Positions 34,220-44,795 of a DNA stretch of 50,226 nt are shown here, piece after piece (position 1 is the stretch's first letter; every line of letters starts with the position of its first letter). Where the stretch lies: NCBI GenBank assembly GCA_001818775.1, contig MHKD01000013.1, forward strand, positions 14,217-64,442, given 5' to 3'. The DNA comes from Candidatus Kerfeldbacteria bacterium RIFCSPHIGHO2_12_FULL_48_17 (GTDB lineage: Bacteria; Patescibacteriota; Patescibacteriia; HO2-48-17). Both the position numbers and the translations under genes were made by a program. The notes under the pieces are model-generated. The model did no database searches, was not told the origin of the DNA, and saw only the letters and a list, made by a program, of their open reading frames with translations.

Positions 34220-35320
34220 ATGAAGATTGCGATGATCGGACAAAAAGGAATCCCGGCTCAGTACGGCGGAGTGGAGCGTATTGTTGAGCAACTCAGTTTG
34301 GCCCTTGCCAACAAAGGCCACGAGCTTTTTGTATACACGCGCAGTTACTACACACCAAAACAGCAAACGAGCTTCCATAACGTCCATCTCAAGAGTATTC
34401 CTTCGATTCACACCAAACACCTCGACACCATTTCTCACACTTTCCTCAGCACCATGCACGCCCTGACGCAGGACTTTGACGTCATTCATTATCACAGCGT
34501 CGGCCCGGCTTTGCTGTCCTGGATTCCACGCCTCCTCAAACCCCGAACAAAAATTGTGATCGACTTCCAATCCCAGGATAAATTGCACCAAAAGTGGGGT
34601 TGGCTGGCGCGCAAGGTTCTCAGTCTCGGCGAACGCGCATCACTCATGTTCGGCGATGTGGCAACCGTTCCCACCAAAGTCATGCAACAGTATGCCAAGA
34701 AAAAATTCGGCAAAGAACCCATCGTCGTTCCCAATGGTATTCCTACATTCCTCCCTGATACCGCCAAACATATTCGTAAGAAATTCGACCTTGAACCAAA
34801 GAGCTACTTTATAATTATTTCCCGCCTTGTTCCACATAAAGGTATTCATTATACTATCGAAGCCTATACACAACTGAAAACAGATAAGAAGTTGGTCATT
34901 GTTGGTGACGGCGTTTTCACCGACGAATATGTGCAGAAGCTGAAGAAGCTGGCTGCGGGCAACAAAAATATTATTTTCACCGGTTGGCAAAGCGGCAAAA
35001 TTCTCCAGGAACTGATCGACAGTGCTTATCTTTATATTCAACCTTCAGAAAGCGAAGGCATGTCTTTGTCATTGCTCGAGGCTGCTGCGTATGGCACCCC
35101 CATACTCGTGAGTGATATTCCGGAAAATACCGCCATCTTCAGCGCACCAACGCTTCATTTTAAAAATAAGAACAGCGCTGATCTTAAGGCGAAGATCGAA
35201 TATGCACTCGCCAACGAGGAGCAGCTCATGTCACTCGCCGCACAAACTAAAAAAGAAGTCGAAACGAAGTACCAGTGGGAAAAAATCGCCACCCAACTGG
35301 AGATGATTTATAAGCAGTAA
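34220..35320 (+). CDS. GT4-family glycosyltransferase (DUF1972-type N-terminus)
   Basis: MKIAMIGQKGIPAQYGGVERIVEQL at the N-terminus and SESEGMSLSLLEAAAYGTPILVSD near the C-terminus. Confidence 0.85.
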   Translation: MKIAMIGQKGIPAQYGGVERIVEQLSLALANKGHELFVYTRSYYTPKQQTSFHNVHLKSIPSIHTKHLDTISHTFLSTMHALTQDFDVIHYHSVGPALLSWIPRLLKPRTKIVIDFQSQDKLHQKWGWLARKVLSLGERASLMFGDVATVPTKVMQQYAKKKFGKEPIVVPNGIPTFLPDTAKHIRKKFDLEPKSYFIIISRLVPHKGIHYTIEAYTQLKTDKKLVIVGDGVFTDEYVQKLKKLAAGNKNIIFTGWQSGKILQELIDSAYLYIQPSESEGMSLSLLEAAAYGTPILVSDIPENTAIFSAPTLHFKNKNSADLKAKIEYALANEEQLMSLAAQTKKEVETKYQWEKIATQLEMIYKQ

Positions 35321-35324
35321 GGGT

Positions 35325-36329
35325 ATGGCGTCACAGAAAAAATATCCTCACATTCTCGTCACCGGCAGCAGTGGCATGATTGGTACGGCCTTGTGTGAAC
35401 GCCTTTTAGCAGAAGGTATTCCATTCACCGGCGTTGATTACAAGCATAATCTTTGGAACCAAGAAGTTGATACACACACGCTGCAGGTAGATTTGCGCGA
35501 CCGCAAAGCTGTTCTCAAAAAGCTGCCCGCACACATAGATATGGTTATCCACCTGGCAGCCAATGCCCGCGTTCATGATCTCGTGCAAGATCCGAGCCTG
35601 GCTTTTGATAACCTGCAAACGATTTTCAATACACTCGAATACGCCCACCGCAACGATATTAAAAAATTCATTTTCACCTCTTCCCGCGAAGTCTACGGCA
35701 ATCTCATCCGCGATCAATACACCGAAGACAGCGCCCGCATCGATACCTGTGAAAGTCCCTACACAGCCTCCAAGATTGGTGGTGAAGCGCTGGTGCAATC
35801 CTACACCCGCTGCTATGGCATTGAACACATTATTTTCCGCCTGTCTAATGTCTATGGCCGTTATGACGCCACCGACAGAATAGTGCCGCTCTTTATAGAA
35901 CGCCTGCGCGCCAACAAAAACGTAACCGTCTATGGCGCTGACAAAGTCCTCGATTTTACCTATATTGATGACGTCGTAAGTGGCATTATGGCTGGCATTG
36001 ACAATTTTGCCGCCGCGAAGGGCCAAACCCTCAACCTGGCATATGGCTCTGGCATAACCCTGACAGAATTCGCCGCTACGCTTAAAGAAACCCTCGGCAG
36101 CACCTCCCACATCAACATCCTCCCCAGCCGCACCGGTGAAGTGACTCACTACGTCGCCGACATCGCCAAAGCCCGACAGATTCTGAATTTCACGCCGACC
36201 ACCAACCTCGAGCAGGGTTTGCGCCAAGCCGCCAGCTGGTACCAGCGCCGCAACGCCGACACAGCCACAAGCACAACCAAAACCATCATACAGAAAATGG
36301 CCAGGGCTCTGCGCCTCAAACACGCCTAA
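35325..36329 (+). CDS. NAD-dependent epimerase/dehydratase (extended SDR)
   Basis: Rossmann motif VTGSSGMIGTAL and catalytic YTASK (YxxxK). Confidence 0.85.
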   Translation: MASQKKYPHILVTGSSGMIGTALCERLLAEGIPFTGVDYKHNLWNQEVDTHTLQVDLRDRKAVLKKLPAHIDMVIHLAANARVHDLVQDPSLAFDNLQTIFNTLEYAHRNDIKKFIFTSSREVYGNLIRDQYTEDSARIDTCESPYTASKIGGEALVQSYTRCYGIEHIIFRLSNVYGRYDATDRIVPLFIERLRANKNVTVYGADKVLDFTYIDDVVSGIMAGIDNFAAAKGQTLNLAYGSGITLTEFAATLKETLGSTSHINILPSRTGEVTHYVADIAKARQILNFTPTTNLEQGLRQAASWYQRRNADTATSTTKTIIQKMARALRLKHA

Positions 36330-36339
36330 GGAATAGCCG

Positions 36340-36379
36340 AAAAGACGACCGAATATATTTGTAAAAGGCGTCTTTTTTT
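36340..36379 (+). terminator. rho-independent terminator
   Basis: Stem AAAGACGACC pairs with GGCGTCTTT (one bulge), followed by a T7 run. A TGTTACAAT extended -10 element follows. Confidence 0.6.
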
Positions 36380-36450
36380 GTTACAATCAATTCAATATAA
36401 ACGAACGCGCCAACCCTAAACCCCTGCAAAAGCGTAATACCTCAAACACC

Positions 36451-37872
36451 ATGTCTGCCACTATCACCCTCGAAGAAGTCGTTAAACTGCTGAAAAACCG
36501 CGGTTTTATTTTTCCTTCATCAGAAATTTATGGCGGACTGTCAGCAGCCTACGATTACGGCCCGCTCGGTATTCAGCTGCGCCGCAACATCGAACGTTCC
36601 TGGTGGAAACATTTTGTCGAAAACCGACCGGATGTTTACGGTCTGGACACCGCTATTTTTATGAACCCCAAAGTCTGGCAGGCTTCCGGCCACACCGAAC
36701 ATTTCACCGACCCACTCATTGAATGCAAATCCTGCCATTTCCGTTTTCGTCCTGATAAGCTCGTTGATGAAGCCCTGCGCAAGACTGATAAAAAAGTTGG
36801 TTCAATCAGCCCAACCGATCACGCCGGTCTGGCCCAAGCACTCGATGATTACAAAATAAACTGCCCACAGTGCGCTAAACACGATTTCACCGATATTCGC
36901 GATTTCAACTCACTGTTTGAAACCAACCAGGGCGTTGTCAAAGAATCGGAAAGCATTATTTACCTGCGCGGCGAAATTGCTCAGGGCATGTTTGTGAATT
37001 TTAAAAATATTGAACAAAGCATGCGCGCCAAGCTGCCATTTGGTATCGCGCAGCAGGGGAAAGCGTTCCGCAACGAAGTCACCGTCAAACGTTTCATCTT
37101 CCGCACCCGCGAATTCAACCTCATGGAAATTGAATACTTTACCTGGCCGGCGCAAGCTGATAAAGATTTCGCCACCTGGAAAAACGCCGTACTGAACTGG
37201 TACACCCAGGAAATCGGCATCGACGCCAAACACCTGACCTGGCGCGAGCAAAACCCCGCTGAACGCGCCCATTACTCAGCTGGAACTTTTGACCTGGAAT
37301 ATGCCTTCCCCTGGGGTGACGACGAAATTGGCGCTATCGCCAACCGCACTGATTTTGATCTCAAAAATCATCAGAAACATTCCGGTGTGGATATGACCGT
37401 GACGAACCCCCAGACCAACGAGAAAATTATTCCCTATGTTATAGAACCAACCTTTGGTATTGACCGCGTTTTCCTGGCCGTGATTATGGATGCACTGGAA
37501 ATTATCGAAGGTGGACGCGCCGGCACCGATGCCAGTAAACACACACAGGAACTGGTGCTCCATCTGGCTCCGGCCCTGGCTCCGGTACAAATCGCCATAC
37601 TCCCACTCTCCAAAAAAGATGAACTGGTCGAGCCCGCACGCAAACTCCAAACCACGCTCTCAACCAAGTACCGCACCGAACTTGACATCACCCAGAGCAT
37701 CGGCAAGCGTTACCGCCGTCAGGACGAAATCGGCACGCCATTCTGCATCACCATTGATTTTGAAACGGCCAAGGATAAAAAGGTCACGGTTCGCGATCGC
37801 GATACTATGAAACAGGATCGCGTTGCGCTGGCAGAATTGGAGCCTTATTTTCAGAAAAAGTTTAAGCAATAA
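36451..37872 (+). CDS. glyQS: glycine--tRNA ligase (alpha2 type)
   Basis: 473 aa with SSEIYGGL, GKAFRNE and PTFGIDRV class II motifs. Confidence 0.93.
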   Translation: MSATITLEEVVKLLKNRGFIFPSSEIYGGLSAAYDYGPLGIQLRRNIERSWWKHFVENRPDVYGLDTAIFMNPKVWQASGHTEHFTDPLIECKSCHFRFRPDKLVDEALRKTDKKVGSISPTDHAGLAQALDDYKINCPQCAKHDFTDIRDFNSLFETNQGVVKESESIIYLRGEIAQGMFVNFKNIEQSMRAKLPFGIAQQGKAFRNEVTVKRFIFRTREFNLMEIEYFTWPAQADKDFATWKNAVLNWYTQEIGIDAKHLTWREQNPAERAHYSAGTFDLEYAFPWGDDEIGAIANRTDFDLKNHQKHSGVDMTVTNPQTNEKIIPYVIEPTFGIDRVFLAVIMDALEIIEGGRAGTDASKHTQELVLHLAPALAPVQIAILPLSKKDELVEPARKLQTTLSTKYRTELDITQSIGKRYRRQDEIGTPFCITIDFETAKDKKVTVRDRDTMKQDRVALAELEPYFQKKFKQ

Positions 37873-37881
37873 CCCATCACC

Positions 37882-39153
37882 ATGAAGTATCACCTGCAAA
37901 AACTCAAGAACGGCTTGAGAATCGTTACCGCACCCCTCCACGACACCAAGGTCGTAACGGTATTGATTATGTTCAAGGTCGGTTCCCGCTACGAAGCCAA
38001 AAATATCAACGGCGTCTCCCATTTTCTGGAGCACCTCTTTTTTAAGGGTACAAAAAATCGTCCCACCACGCTCGAAATTTCCCAAACCCTCGACAGTGTT
38101 GGTGCTGATTATAACGCCTTCACATCTAAAGAATGGACCGGCTACTACATAAAACTCGAACACCAAAAGCTGGAACTGGCCCTCGACATGCTGTCTGATA
38201 TGCTGTTCAACTCGCTGTTTGAGCCCAAGGAAATTGAACGCGAACGTGGCGTGATCATTGAGGAAATCAACATGTACGAAGACAATCCCATGGCCACGGT
38301 GGAAGAGCGCCTGGAACGCCTGCTGTATGGTAACAACCCATTGGGACGGGCGATTGCCGGTCCGAAACCCACCATAAAAAAAATCACCCGCCAGCAAATT
38401 TTGAAATACCGCCAGTCGCATTACCACGCCGGTAACACCGTTATTGCCGTCGCCGGAAAGCTCAATGCACAATCCACCGGACTGATAAAAAAATATTTTG
38501 GCGGCAATAAATTCAAAAAACAGCAGGAACAGGCTTACGAAAAAGTCAGCGTCAAACAAAGCGCGCCACAACTCAATCTGAAGTACAAAAAAACCGAGCA
38601 ATCACATCTTGCTTTTGGTTGGGCGGCATATCCCATCGGTCATGAAAAATTGGAAGCGCTCCAACTTGCCAGTGTTATACTCGGCGGCAACATGAGCTCG
38701 CGTCTCTTTATCTCGATTCGTGAGCGCAAGGGTCTGTGTTACCTTATCCGGAGTTCAATTACGCCGTATCAGGACATCGGTAATCTTGTCATTCAGGCTG
38801 GCATTGACAAAAAGCGCATTAAACCAGCGATCGAGGCCATACTCAAAGAAGTTGACCTGCTGCGCGACAAAGGCGTCAGCGAAGAAGAGCTGAGAAAAGC
38901 CAAAGATTTCATGAAAGGCAAGCTCGTGCTGCAGCTGGAAGATTCCGAGGAAATTGCCAACTGGCTGGTACAGCGCATCCTGTTCAATGAAAAAAATCTT
39001 ACACCTGAAGAAAAAATCAAACGCCTCGAAAAAATCACCACCCAGGATATTCTGCGCGTCGCCAACGAAGTGTTCCGCCCCGATACCATGAATCTGGCGA
39101 TCATCGGACCGTTTCGCGAGCACGCCGAATTCAAAAAACTTCTCCATTTTTGA
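37882..39153 (+). CDS. M16-family (pitrilysin-like) zinc peptidase
   Basis: The inverted zinc motif HFLEHLFFKGT (HxxEH) is present in a 423-aa protein. Confidence 0.85.
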   Translation: MKYHLQKLKNGLRIVTAPLHDTKVVTVLIMFKVGSRYEAKNINGVSHFLEHLFFKGTKNRPTTLEISQTLDSVGADYNAFTSKEWTGYYIKLEHQKLELALDMLSDMLFNSLFEPKEIERERGVIIEEINMYEDNPMATVEERLERLLYGNNPLGRAIAGPKPTIKKITRQQILKYRQSHYHAGNTVIAVAGKLNAQSTGLIKKYFGGNKFKKQQEQAYEKVSVKQSAPQLNLKYKKTEQSHLAFGWAAYPIGHEKLEALQLASVILGGNMSSRLFISIRERKGLCYLIRSSITPYQDIGNLVIQAGIDKKRIKPAIEAILKEVDLLRDKGVSEEELRKAKDFMKGKLVLQLEDSEEIANWLVQRILFNEKNLTPEEKIKRLEKITTQDILRVANEVFRPDTMNLAIIGPFREHAEFKKLLHF

Positions 39154-39198
39154 GAAACCGCAGCAATACCAGACGACCCACGCAGAAAAGAGGGCAGC

Positions 39199-39227
39199 TT
39201 GCTTAAAGTGCCATATTTTGTTATATT
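39199..39227 (+). promoter_or_regulatory. sigma70-type promoter TTGCTT-N17-TATATT
   Basis: Hexamers were counted directly. It lies upstream of the permease gene. Confidence 0.45.
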
Positions 39228-39265
39228 CAATGCATAAGAACTAAGTAACTGCCTAACATCCAGCC

Positions 39266-40327
39266 GTGAGCAACGAACCCAAAAAACAAACGCAGGTGAT
39301 CGATCTCTCTATGAAAACGATTATGAAATTTTTCCTCATAGTCGCTATTCTTATTTTTCTCTACAGCATAAAAAAAGTCGTCGGTATTCTTTTTATTTCT
39401 TTCGTTCTGGCCTCCGCCCTCGACCCATGGATTGACAAACTGCAAAAGAAAAGAATCCCCAGACCCATTGGTATTCTCTTTACCTACATTATCGCCCTCG
39501 GGATCGTCAGCCTGACTATTTTCCTCCTCATTCCGCCCATATCCGAAGAAGTCAAGGAAATCGCCAGGAATTTCCCGGCCTACTACGATCAAATCATCAG
39601 AGGTTACACCACCCTCAGCAGCACTTCCGAACAGATCGGTCTCAAAACCGCTCAGGACAGCATCAAATCACTCAGCAGCAGTCTCGACAACCTGACGAGC
39701 GGTCTGTTTTCCGGTTTAGCCAGTATCTTCGGTGGTTTCGTGACGTTCTTTGGTGTCATTGTCATTACGTTCTACATGACCATCGAAGAAGATGGCATGA
39801 AAAAATTCTTGCGCTCCATAGCGCCGGTGCAATACCAGCCCTACCTGATTCACAAGATAAACGAAATTCAGCGCAAGCTCGGTCAGTGGCTGCAGGGGCA
39901 GATCGTTCTCGGTATTATCATTGGTCTGCTGACGTATATTGGTTTATTGATTCTCGGGGTAAAGTATGCCCTGGTGCTGGCGCTGGTTTCGGCTATCACT
40001 GAACTTGTTCCATACCTTGGGCCCATCCTCGCCGCCATCCCGGCTGTATTCTTGGCGTTCGCTCAGTCTCCGCTCAAAGCCCTGTTGGTACTCATTCTTT
40101 ATATCGTAATACAGCAGCTCGAGAACCAGGTCATTCAACCAAAAATTATGCAAAAATCCGTTGGTCTCAATCCCATCGCCGTTATCACGGTCATGCTGAT
40201 TGGCGCTCAGGTCGCTGGTTTCATCGGTTTGCTCCTGGCTGTTCCGGCCGCAACCATTCTCTGGATTTTTCTGCACGATTTTATTATCGAGAAGAAAATG
40301 CGGGATAATAAACTTGATGAAGAATGA
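39266..40327 (+). CDS. AI-2E family transporter (PerM-like permease)
   Basis: A polytopic 353-aa protein with the ITELVPYLGPILAAIP motif typical of the family. A GTG start is assumed; ATG alternatives lie downstream. Confidence 0.8.
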   Translation: MSNEPKKQTQVIDLSMKTIMKFFLIVAILIFLYSIKKVVGILFISFVLASALDPWIDKLQKKRIPRPIGILFTYIIALGIVSLTIFLLIPPISEEVKEIARNFPAYYDQIIRGYTTLSSTSEQIGLKTAQDSIKSLSSSLDNLTSGLFSGLASIFGGFVTFFGVIVITFYMTIEEDGMKKFLRSIAPVQYQPYLIHKINEIQRKLGQWLQGQIVLGIIIGLLTYIGLLILGVKYALVLALVSAITELVPYLGPILAAIPAVFLAFAQSPLKALLVLILYIVIQQLENQVIQPKIMQKSVGLNPIAVITVMLIGAQVAGFIGLLLAVPAATILWIFLHDFIIEKKMRDNKLDEE

Positions 40328-41784
40328 AGCCTACATTTTACGTAACCACTCCGATCTACTACGTCAACGACAAGCCCCACATCGGCCACGCCTACTCAAC
40401 GCTCTTGGCCGATTGTTTGTCACGTTGGCACGGCGCGCAGGGTGAAGAAACATTTTTTTCCGTGGGAACGGATGAGCATGGCGCAAAAATCGCTGAGGCT
40501 GCCGCAAAGGCGGGTAAAAAGCCGGAAGTTTTTGTTGATGAAGTAAGCGCAGAATTCCAGACCGCCTGGAAAGCACTCAATATCGAAGCGAGCGATTTTA
40601 TCCGCACCACAGAAGAACGACACAAGACTGTGGTGGTTTCTTTTATGAACAAGCTCAAGGCCGACGGTCATGTGTATGAAGGTGAGTATGAAGGTATGTA
40701 CTGCGTAGGTTGCGAACGGTTTTATACGGAACGTGAACTCAATGAAAAAGGGGAATGTCCCGACCATAAACGTAAGCCCAAACTCATTAAAGAAAAAAAT
40801 TGGTTTTTCAAATTGCAGCCCTTTGTGTCGGAAATCATCCGCGATATTGAAAGCGGAAAAATGGAAATGTATCCGGAGAAACGCAAAAATGAAGTGCTGT
40901 CCGTGCTTCGGGGCGGTATTGAGGATTTTTCGGTATCACGACAGAACGTCGCCTGGGGGATTCCGTTGCCATTTGACACCAAGCAGAATATTTATGTCTG
41001 GGTCGAAGCGCTGCAAAATTATATTTCCGTGCTCGGCTATAACGCTGATGAGGCGCACCAAGGCGCCAATTTCAAAAAATTCTGGCCGGCGAATGTGCAG
41101 GTACTCGGAAAAGATATCAGCAAGTTTCATTGTATTTTTTGGCCGGCGTTATTGAAAGCGGCCGGTTTGCGCGTCAGCAAGCGTTTTTTGATTACCGGAT
41201 TTTTCACCGTTGATGGCCAGAAGATGAGCAAAACCCTGGGTAATGTTATTGATCCGAACGACCTGGTGGCGAAATTCGGCGCTGATGGTGCGCGCTATCT
41301 GATTCTGGCGCAGTTTGCGGTCGGAGAAGATGGTGACATCAAAGCCGAAAAGTTTGTGGAAAAATATAATGCTGATTTGGCGAACAATATTGGTAATTTG
41401 GTCAGTCGGGTGGCGACCATGGCGACAAAGTACTGCGCCGGCGTCGTTGCCGCAACGAAATTCAGGAAAAATATCGGGGAGTATAAAAAATCCTTTGCCA
41501 AGGCGATGGAGCAGGGGCAGGTGTATGACGCGATCGAAGCGGTGATTCAGTGCGCGGCCAGCGTCAATAAAGCAATTGAGGTATACAAGCCCTGGGAAAA
41601 AGCCAAAGACGAAGCACATAGCAGCGAATTGAAAAAAATGGTGAGCACATGGGTAGGTGAAGTCGCCGAAATCGGCACCATGCTGGCACCGTTCACGCCG
41701 GAAGCTGCCGCCAAAATCACTCAGGCCTTCGCCGATCCAAACCATATTCACAACCCCGGAATATTATTTCCAAAAATTAAATAA
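40324..41784 (+). CDS. metG: methionine--tRNA ligase (short form)
   Basis: HIGH motif is PHIGHAYS and KMSKS motif is KMSKTLGN. The start overlaps the upstream stop as ATGA. Confidence 0.93.
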   Translation: MKPTFYVTTPIYYVNDKPHIGHAYSTLLADCLSRWHGAQGEETFFSVGTDEHGAKIAEAAAKAGKKPEVFVDEVSAEFQTAWKALNIEASDFIRTTEERHKTVVVSFMNKLKADGHVYEGEYEGMYCVGCERFYTERELNEKGECPDHKRKPKLIKEKNWFFKLQPFVSEIIRDIESGKMEMYPEKRKNEVLSVLRGGIEDFSVSRQNVAWGIPLPFDTKQNIYVWVEALQNYISVLGYNADEAHQGANFKKFWPANVQVLGKDISKFHCIFWPALLKAAGLRVSKRFLITGFFTVDGQKMSKTLGNVIDPNDLVAKFGADGARYLILAQFAVGEDGDIKAEKFVEKYNADLANNIGNLVSRVATMATKYCAGVVAATKFRKNIGEYKKSFAKAMEQGQVYDAIEAVIQCAASVNKAIEVYKPWEKAKDEAHSSELKKMVSTWVGEVAEIGTMLAPFTPEAAAKITQAFADPNHIHNPGILFPKIK

Positions 41785-41789
41785 AAAAT

Positions 41790-42287
41790 ATGACACTTAT
41801 CGACTGGCTCCTTATCATTCTCCTTTTACTCGCCTTTGGTTCCGGCCTGAAGATGGGTTTTATTTACAAACTCGGCTCACTCATCGGTATCATCGTGGGT
41901 ATCATCATGGCGGGCCGGTACTATGACAGTATTGATGTCTTTTTCGGCGGCGGTGCCGGCGGCAAAGTCATTGCTTTTATCGTCATCATGACCATTGTCA
42001 GCAACCTCATCGGTCTGGTCTTCCGCATCATCAACAAGTTTTTCAATATCATCGCCATTATTCCGGGATTGAAAAGCATCAATCGCCTGCTCGGTGGTGT
42101 ACTCAGCGTGGTGCAGCGCGTCGCAGCGCTGAGCATCGTGGCTCTCTTTTTATCGAAGTTTCAGTCTATAGCCGAAATCGCAAAACTCTTCGAAACATCG
42201 GCACTCATCGGCTTTTTTGTGAAGATCGGTAATATTCTGTCACCACTGCTACCCGCTGCCATCAGTCAGGTACAATCCCTTATTTAG
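41790..42287 (+). CDS. cvpA: CvpA-family membrane protein
   Basis: N-terminus IDWLLIILLLLAFGSGLKMGFI and four hydrophobic segments, typical of CvpA. Confidence 0.75.
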   Translation: MTLIDWLLIILLLLAFGSGLKMGFIYKLGSLIGIIVGIIMAGRYYDSIDVFFGGGAGGKVIAFIVIMTIVSNLIGLVFRIINKFFNIIAIIPGLKSINRLLGGVLSVVQRVAALSIVALFLSKFQSIAEIAKLFETSALIGFFVKIGNILSPLLPAAISQVQSLI

Positions 42288-42315
42288 TTTCTTCTGCGCA
42301 CCTAACGCCTCAATC

Positions 42316-43092
42316 ATGTCAGAACCCCTCTTCTTTGATGCCCACGCCCACGTCACCTTTGCCGCTTTTGAGGCGGATGCTGCCGAAGTGATCGAGCGGA
42401 CCCTGGCCGGAGAAACCTGGCTGGTGAACGTCAGTACCCAGCTACCAACCAGTCAGCGCGCCGTGAAATTCGCTCACGAATATGATGAGGGTGTGTACGC
42501 GGCCGTGGGTTTGCACCCGACGCACGTGCTCGATCACTCCTTTGACCGCAGCGCTTACCTCAAGCTGGCGCAGGATGAAAAAGTTGTGGCCATCGGCGAA
42601 GTCGGTATGGATTATTACCGCATGGATAAGCAGGTCAGCGGCGCCAAGCAGGAAGAAATTTTTCGCGCATTTATCGAGATAGCGATCGAAGTCGGTAAGC
42701 CGCTTATCGTGCACTGCCGCGATGCCTACGATGATCTGTACCGAATTCTGTCTGACTACAACGGCCAGGTCAACGCGATTATTCACTGTTTTGTTGGCAA
42801 CGACGTAATTGCGCAGAAATTTCTCGACCTGGGGTTTACGATTTCTTTCACCGGTATTATCACGTTTACCGATAACGAAGGTTTACTGCGCGCTGTGAAA
42901 CAGGTGCCGATGGACCGGTTCACCATAGAAACCGATTGTCCCTATTTAGCGCCGCTGCCACACCGCGGCCAACGCAACGAGCCGCTCTATGTGAAGTACA
43001 TTGCTGATAAAGTCGCTGAACTCAAAGGTATGTCGCCGGAAGACATCGCCGCTGCCGCCACCCGAAACGCCCGTAAATTTTTTAAGGTATAA
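42316..43092 (+). CDS. tatD: TatD-family metal-dependent hydrolase
   Basis: FDAHAHV at the N-terminus, IGEVGMDY, VHCRDA and ETDCPYLAP. Confidence 0.88.
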   Translation: MSEPLFFDAHAHVTFAAFEADAAEVIERTLAGETWLVNVSTQLPTSQRAVKFAHEYDEGVYAAVGLHPTHVLDHSFDRSAYLKLAQDEKVVAIGEVGMDYYRMDKQVSGAKQEEIFRAFIEIAIEVGKPLIVHCRDAYDDLYRILSDYNGQVNAIIHCFVGNDVIAQKFLDLGFTISFTGIITFTDNEGLLRAVKQVPMDRFTIETDCPYLAPLPHRGQRNEPLYVKYIADKVAELKGMSPEDIAAAATRNARKFFKV

Positions 43093-43093
43093 C

Positions 43094-44215
43094 ATGGAAA
43101 CACTTCTTATCATTCTCGCCATAGCTCTTCTCATCGGCATCATCGCCGTGATTTTTCTGCTGCAAAGAAATCACAAAGCCGCGCAAACCCCGCCAGACGA
43201 TCAATCACAAAAACTTATGCTCGATCTGCTGGAAAACGTGCGCCGTGAAGTTCAGCAAACCAGCGGCCAGCACCGTCAGGAAACCCAGGCCCGTCTCGAT
43301 ACCATATCGCAGCAGGTGCAACAGGGTCTGACCAGCTCCAGCAAAGCCGTTGCCGAACAATTCCGTCAGAGCACGGAAATCATTAAAGATATTACCGGCC
43401 GCCTCAGTAAACTCGATTCCACCAATCAGCAGGTGCTTGGTTTTGCTCAGCAAATGCAGAACCTGGAAAATATTCTCAAAAATCCAAAACACCGCGGCAT
43501 CCTTGGCGAATATTTTCTGGAGAATATGTTGAATAATGTTTTACAGCCGCGGCAGTACAAAATGCAGTACGCTTTTAAAAACGGCGAAATTGTTGACGCG
43601 GCTATTTTTTATCGAGAGCAGATTATTCCGGTTGATTCCAAGTTTTCCCTGGAAAAATACAACCGCATCATTGAAACGCAGAATCCCGATGAGCGTGTGC
43701 GACTGGAAAAAGAATTTCACAACGATGTCAAACTGCGCATTGATGAAACGAGTAAATATATCCGGCCGCAGGAAGGGACGACTGATTTTGCGTTTATGTT
43801 TATTCCGGCCGAGGGGATTTACAACAGTTTACTGAGTCAGCGCGTGGGCACGGTGGCAGCCACGGCCCAGGATATGCGCGAATATGCGTTCAAGAAAAAG
43901 GTGATCATTGTTTCACCGACGACATTTTACGCCTATTTGCAAACGGTGCTGCAGGGGCTGAAGGGCGCGCAGACGGAAAAAAATATTCAGGTAATTGTGA
44001 AGCGTATTGATGATCTGGGTCGGCACCTGACACAGTATCAGGAATATTTTAATAAGCTCGGTGGGCATCTGGGAACAACGGTCAGCAGTTACAACCGCGC
44101 CGCCAAAGAACTGGGGAAGGTGGATAAAGATGTGGTGAAGATTACCGAAGGCGCATCCGGTGGCGAAATAGCCGTGCAGCTGCTTGATAAACCCGAGCTG
44201 TTGGACGAAGATTAG
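43094..44215 (+). CDS. rmuC: DNA recombination protein RmuC
   Basis: An N-terminal TM and coiled-coil precede a nuclease-like core with FMFIPAEGIY. The ATG at 43094 is 2 nt after the tatD stop. Confidence 0.85.
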   Translation: METLLIILAIALLIGIIAVIFLLQRNHKAAQTPPDDQSQKLMLDLLENVRREVQQTSGQHRQETQARLDTISQQVQQGLTSSSKAVAEQFRQSTEIIKDITGRLSKLDSTNQQVLGFAQQMQNLENILKNPKHRGILGEYFLENMLNNVLQPRQYKMQYAFKNGEIVDAAIFYREQIIPVDSKFSLEKYNRIIETQNPDERVRLEKEFHNDVKLRIDETSKYIRPQEGTTDFAFMFIPAEGIYNSLLSQRVGTVAATAQDMREYAFKKKVIIVSPTTFYAYLQTVLQGLKGAQTEKNIQVIVKRIDDLGRHLTQYQEYFNKLGGHLGTTVSSYNRAAKELGKVDKDVVKITEGASGGEIAVQLLDKPELLDED

Positions 44216-44225
44216 AGCTTGAGGA

Positions 44226-44264
44226 TAAAAAAAGAGGCGAACACGGTAAAGTTTGTGTTGCCTC
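44226..44264 (-). terminator. rho-independent terminator (minus-strand U-run)
   Basis: Stem GAGGCGAACAC pairs with GTGTTGCCTC. An A8 tract on the plus strand gives a T-run on the minus strand. It sits between convergent genes. Confidence 0.6.
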
Positions 44265-44344
44265 GGGGGAAAGGGTGCGGTGGGGATTTGGTGCCTGCGG
44301 TGGAATGGGCGCTGCAGGCGGAACAGGCGGGTGCGAGGGGAAGC

Positions 44345-44632
44345 TCAGGGCATGGGCAGTGGAACTACTGGTGGGACGAGCTCATAGATTTGTCCAGAAT
44401 TTTCACGGTCCTGGACAAAGACACTTCGGGGGTGGGCCGCTTTATATTTTTCTATCCTTTCTTGACCGGCTGAAAGGATGGAGAACACAATCATGGTCGG
44501 CCCTCCTATGAGAATGGTGCATATCATAAGGGTATGCACCGTTTTTTCCTGCAGTTTCCCTGACAGAAGAATGAACGCCCACCCGCCTAAAAGCAGAACG
44601 AAAAGGACGATGGTAAGTAACGTGAAATCCAT
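44345..44632 (-). CDS. small hypothetical membrane protein
   Basis: 95 aa with two hydrophobic helices. GGGAGG lies 5 nt upstream of the ATG, and a consensus promoter lies upstream. Confidence 0.65.
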   Translation of the reverse strand: MDFTLLTIVLFVLLLGGWAFILLSGKLQEKTVHTLMICTILIGGPTMIVFSILSAGQERIEKYKAAHPRSVFVQDRENSGQIYELVPPVVPLPMP

Positions 44633-44697
44633 GAAAACCTCCCGGGCCGTGAAGCCCTGAAAAAAGTTGCGGTTTAGATTATCAAGAAACTGCCAAC

Positions 44698-44726
44698 ATT
44701 ATAGCATTTTTATATAATTTTGTCAA
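44698..44726 (-). promoter_or_regulatory. consensus sigma70 promoter TTGACA-N17-TATAAT (minus strand)
   Basis: Both hexamers are perfect and the 17-nt spacer was counted directly. Confidence 0.7.
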
Positions 44727-44756
44727 CTAAACACCGAAAATCAGCCAAAAAAGGCG

Positions 44757-44785
44757 TTGACAAAAACTCTAAATAACGCTACATT
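44757..44785 (+). promoter_or_regulatory. sigma70-type promoter TTGACA-N17-TACATT
   Basis: Counted directly. It is divergent from the minus-strand promoter. The expected TSS is at about 44792. Confidence 0.65.
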
Positions 44786-44795
44786 TAAGCCAGAT

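Noticed and set aside
44219-44511. Plus-strand ORFs 44219-44473 and 44275-44511 in the GC-rich stretch after rmuC.
   Set aside because: The minus-strand ORF 44345-44632 has a GGGAGG SD, a perfect consensus promoter and two clear TM helices. The plus-strand ORFs have none of these and translate to Gly/Trp-rich low-complexity sequence.
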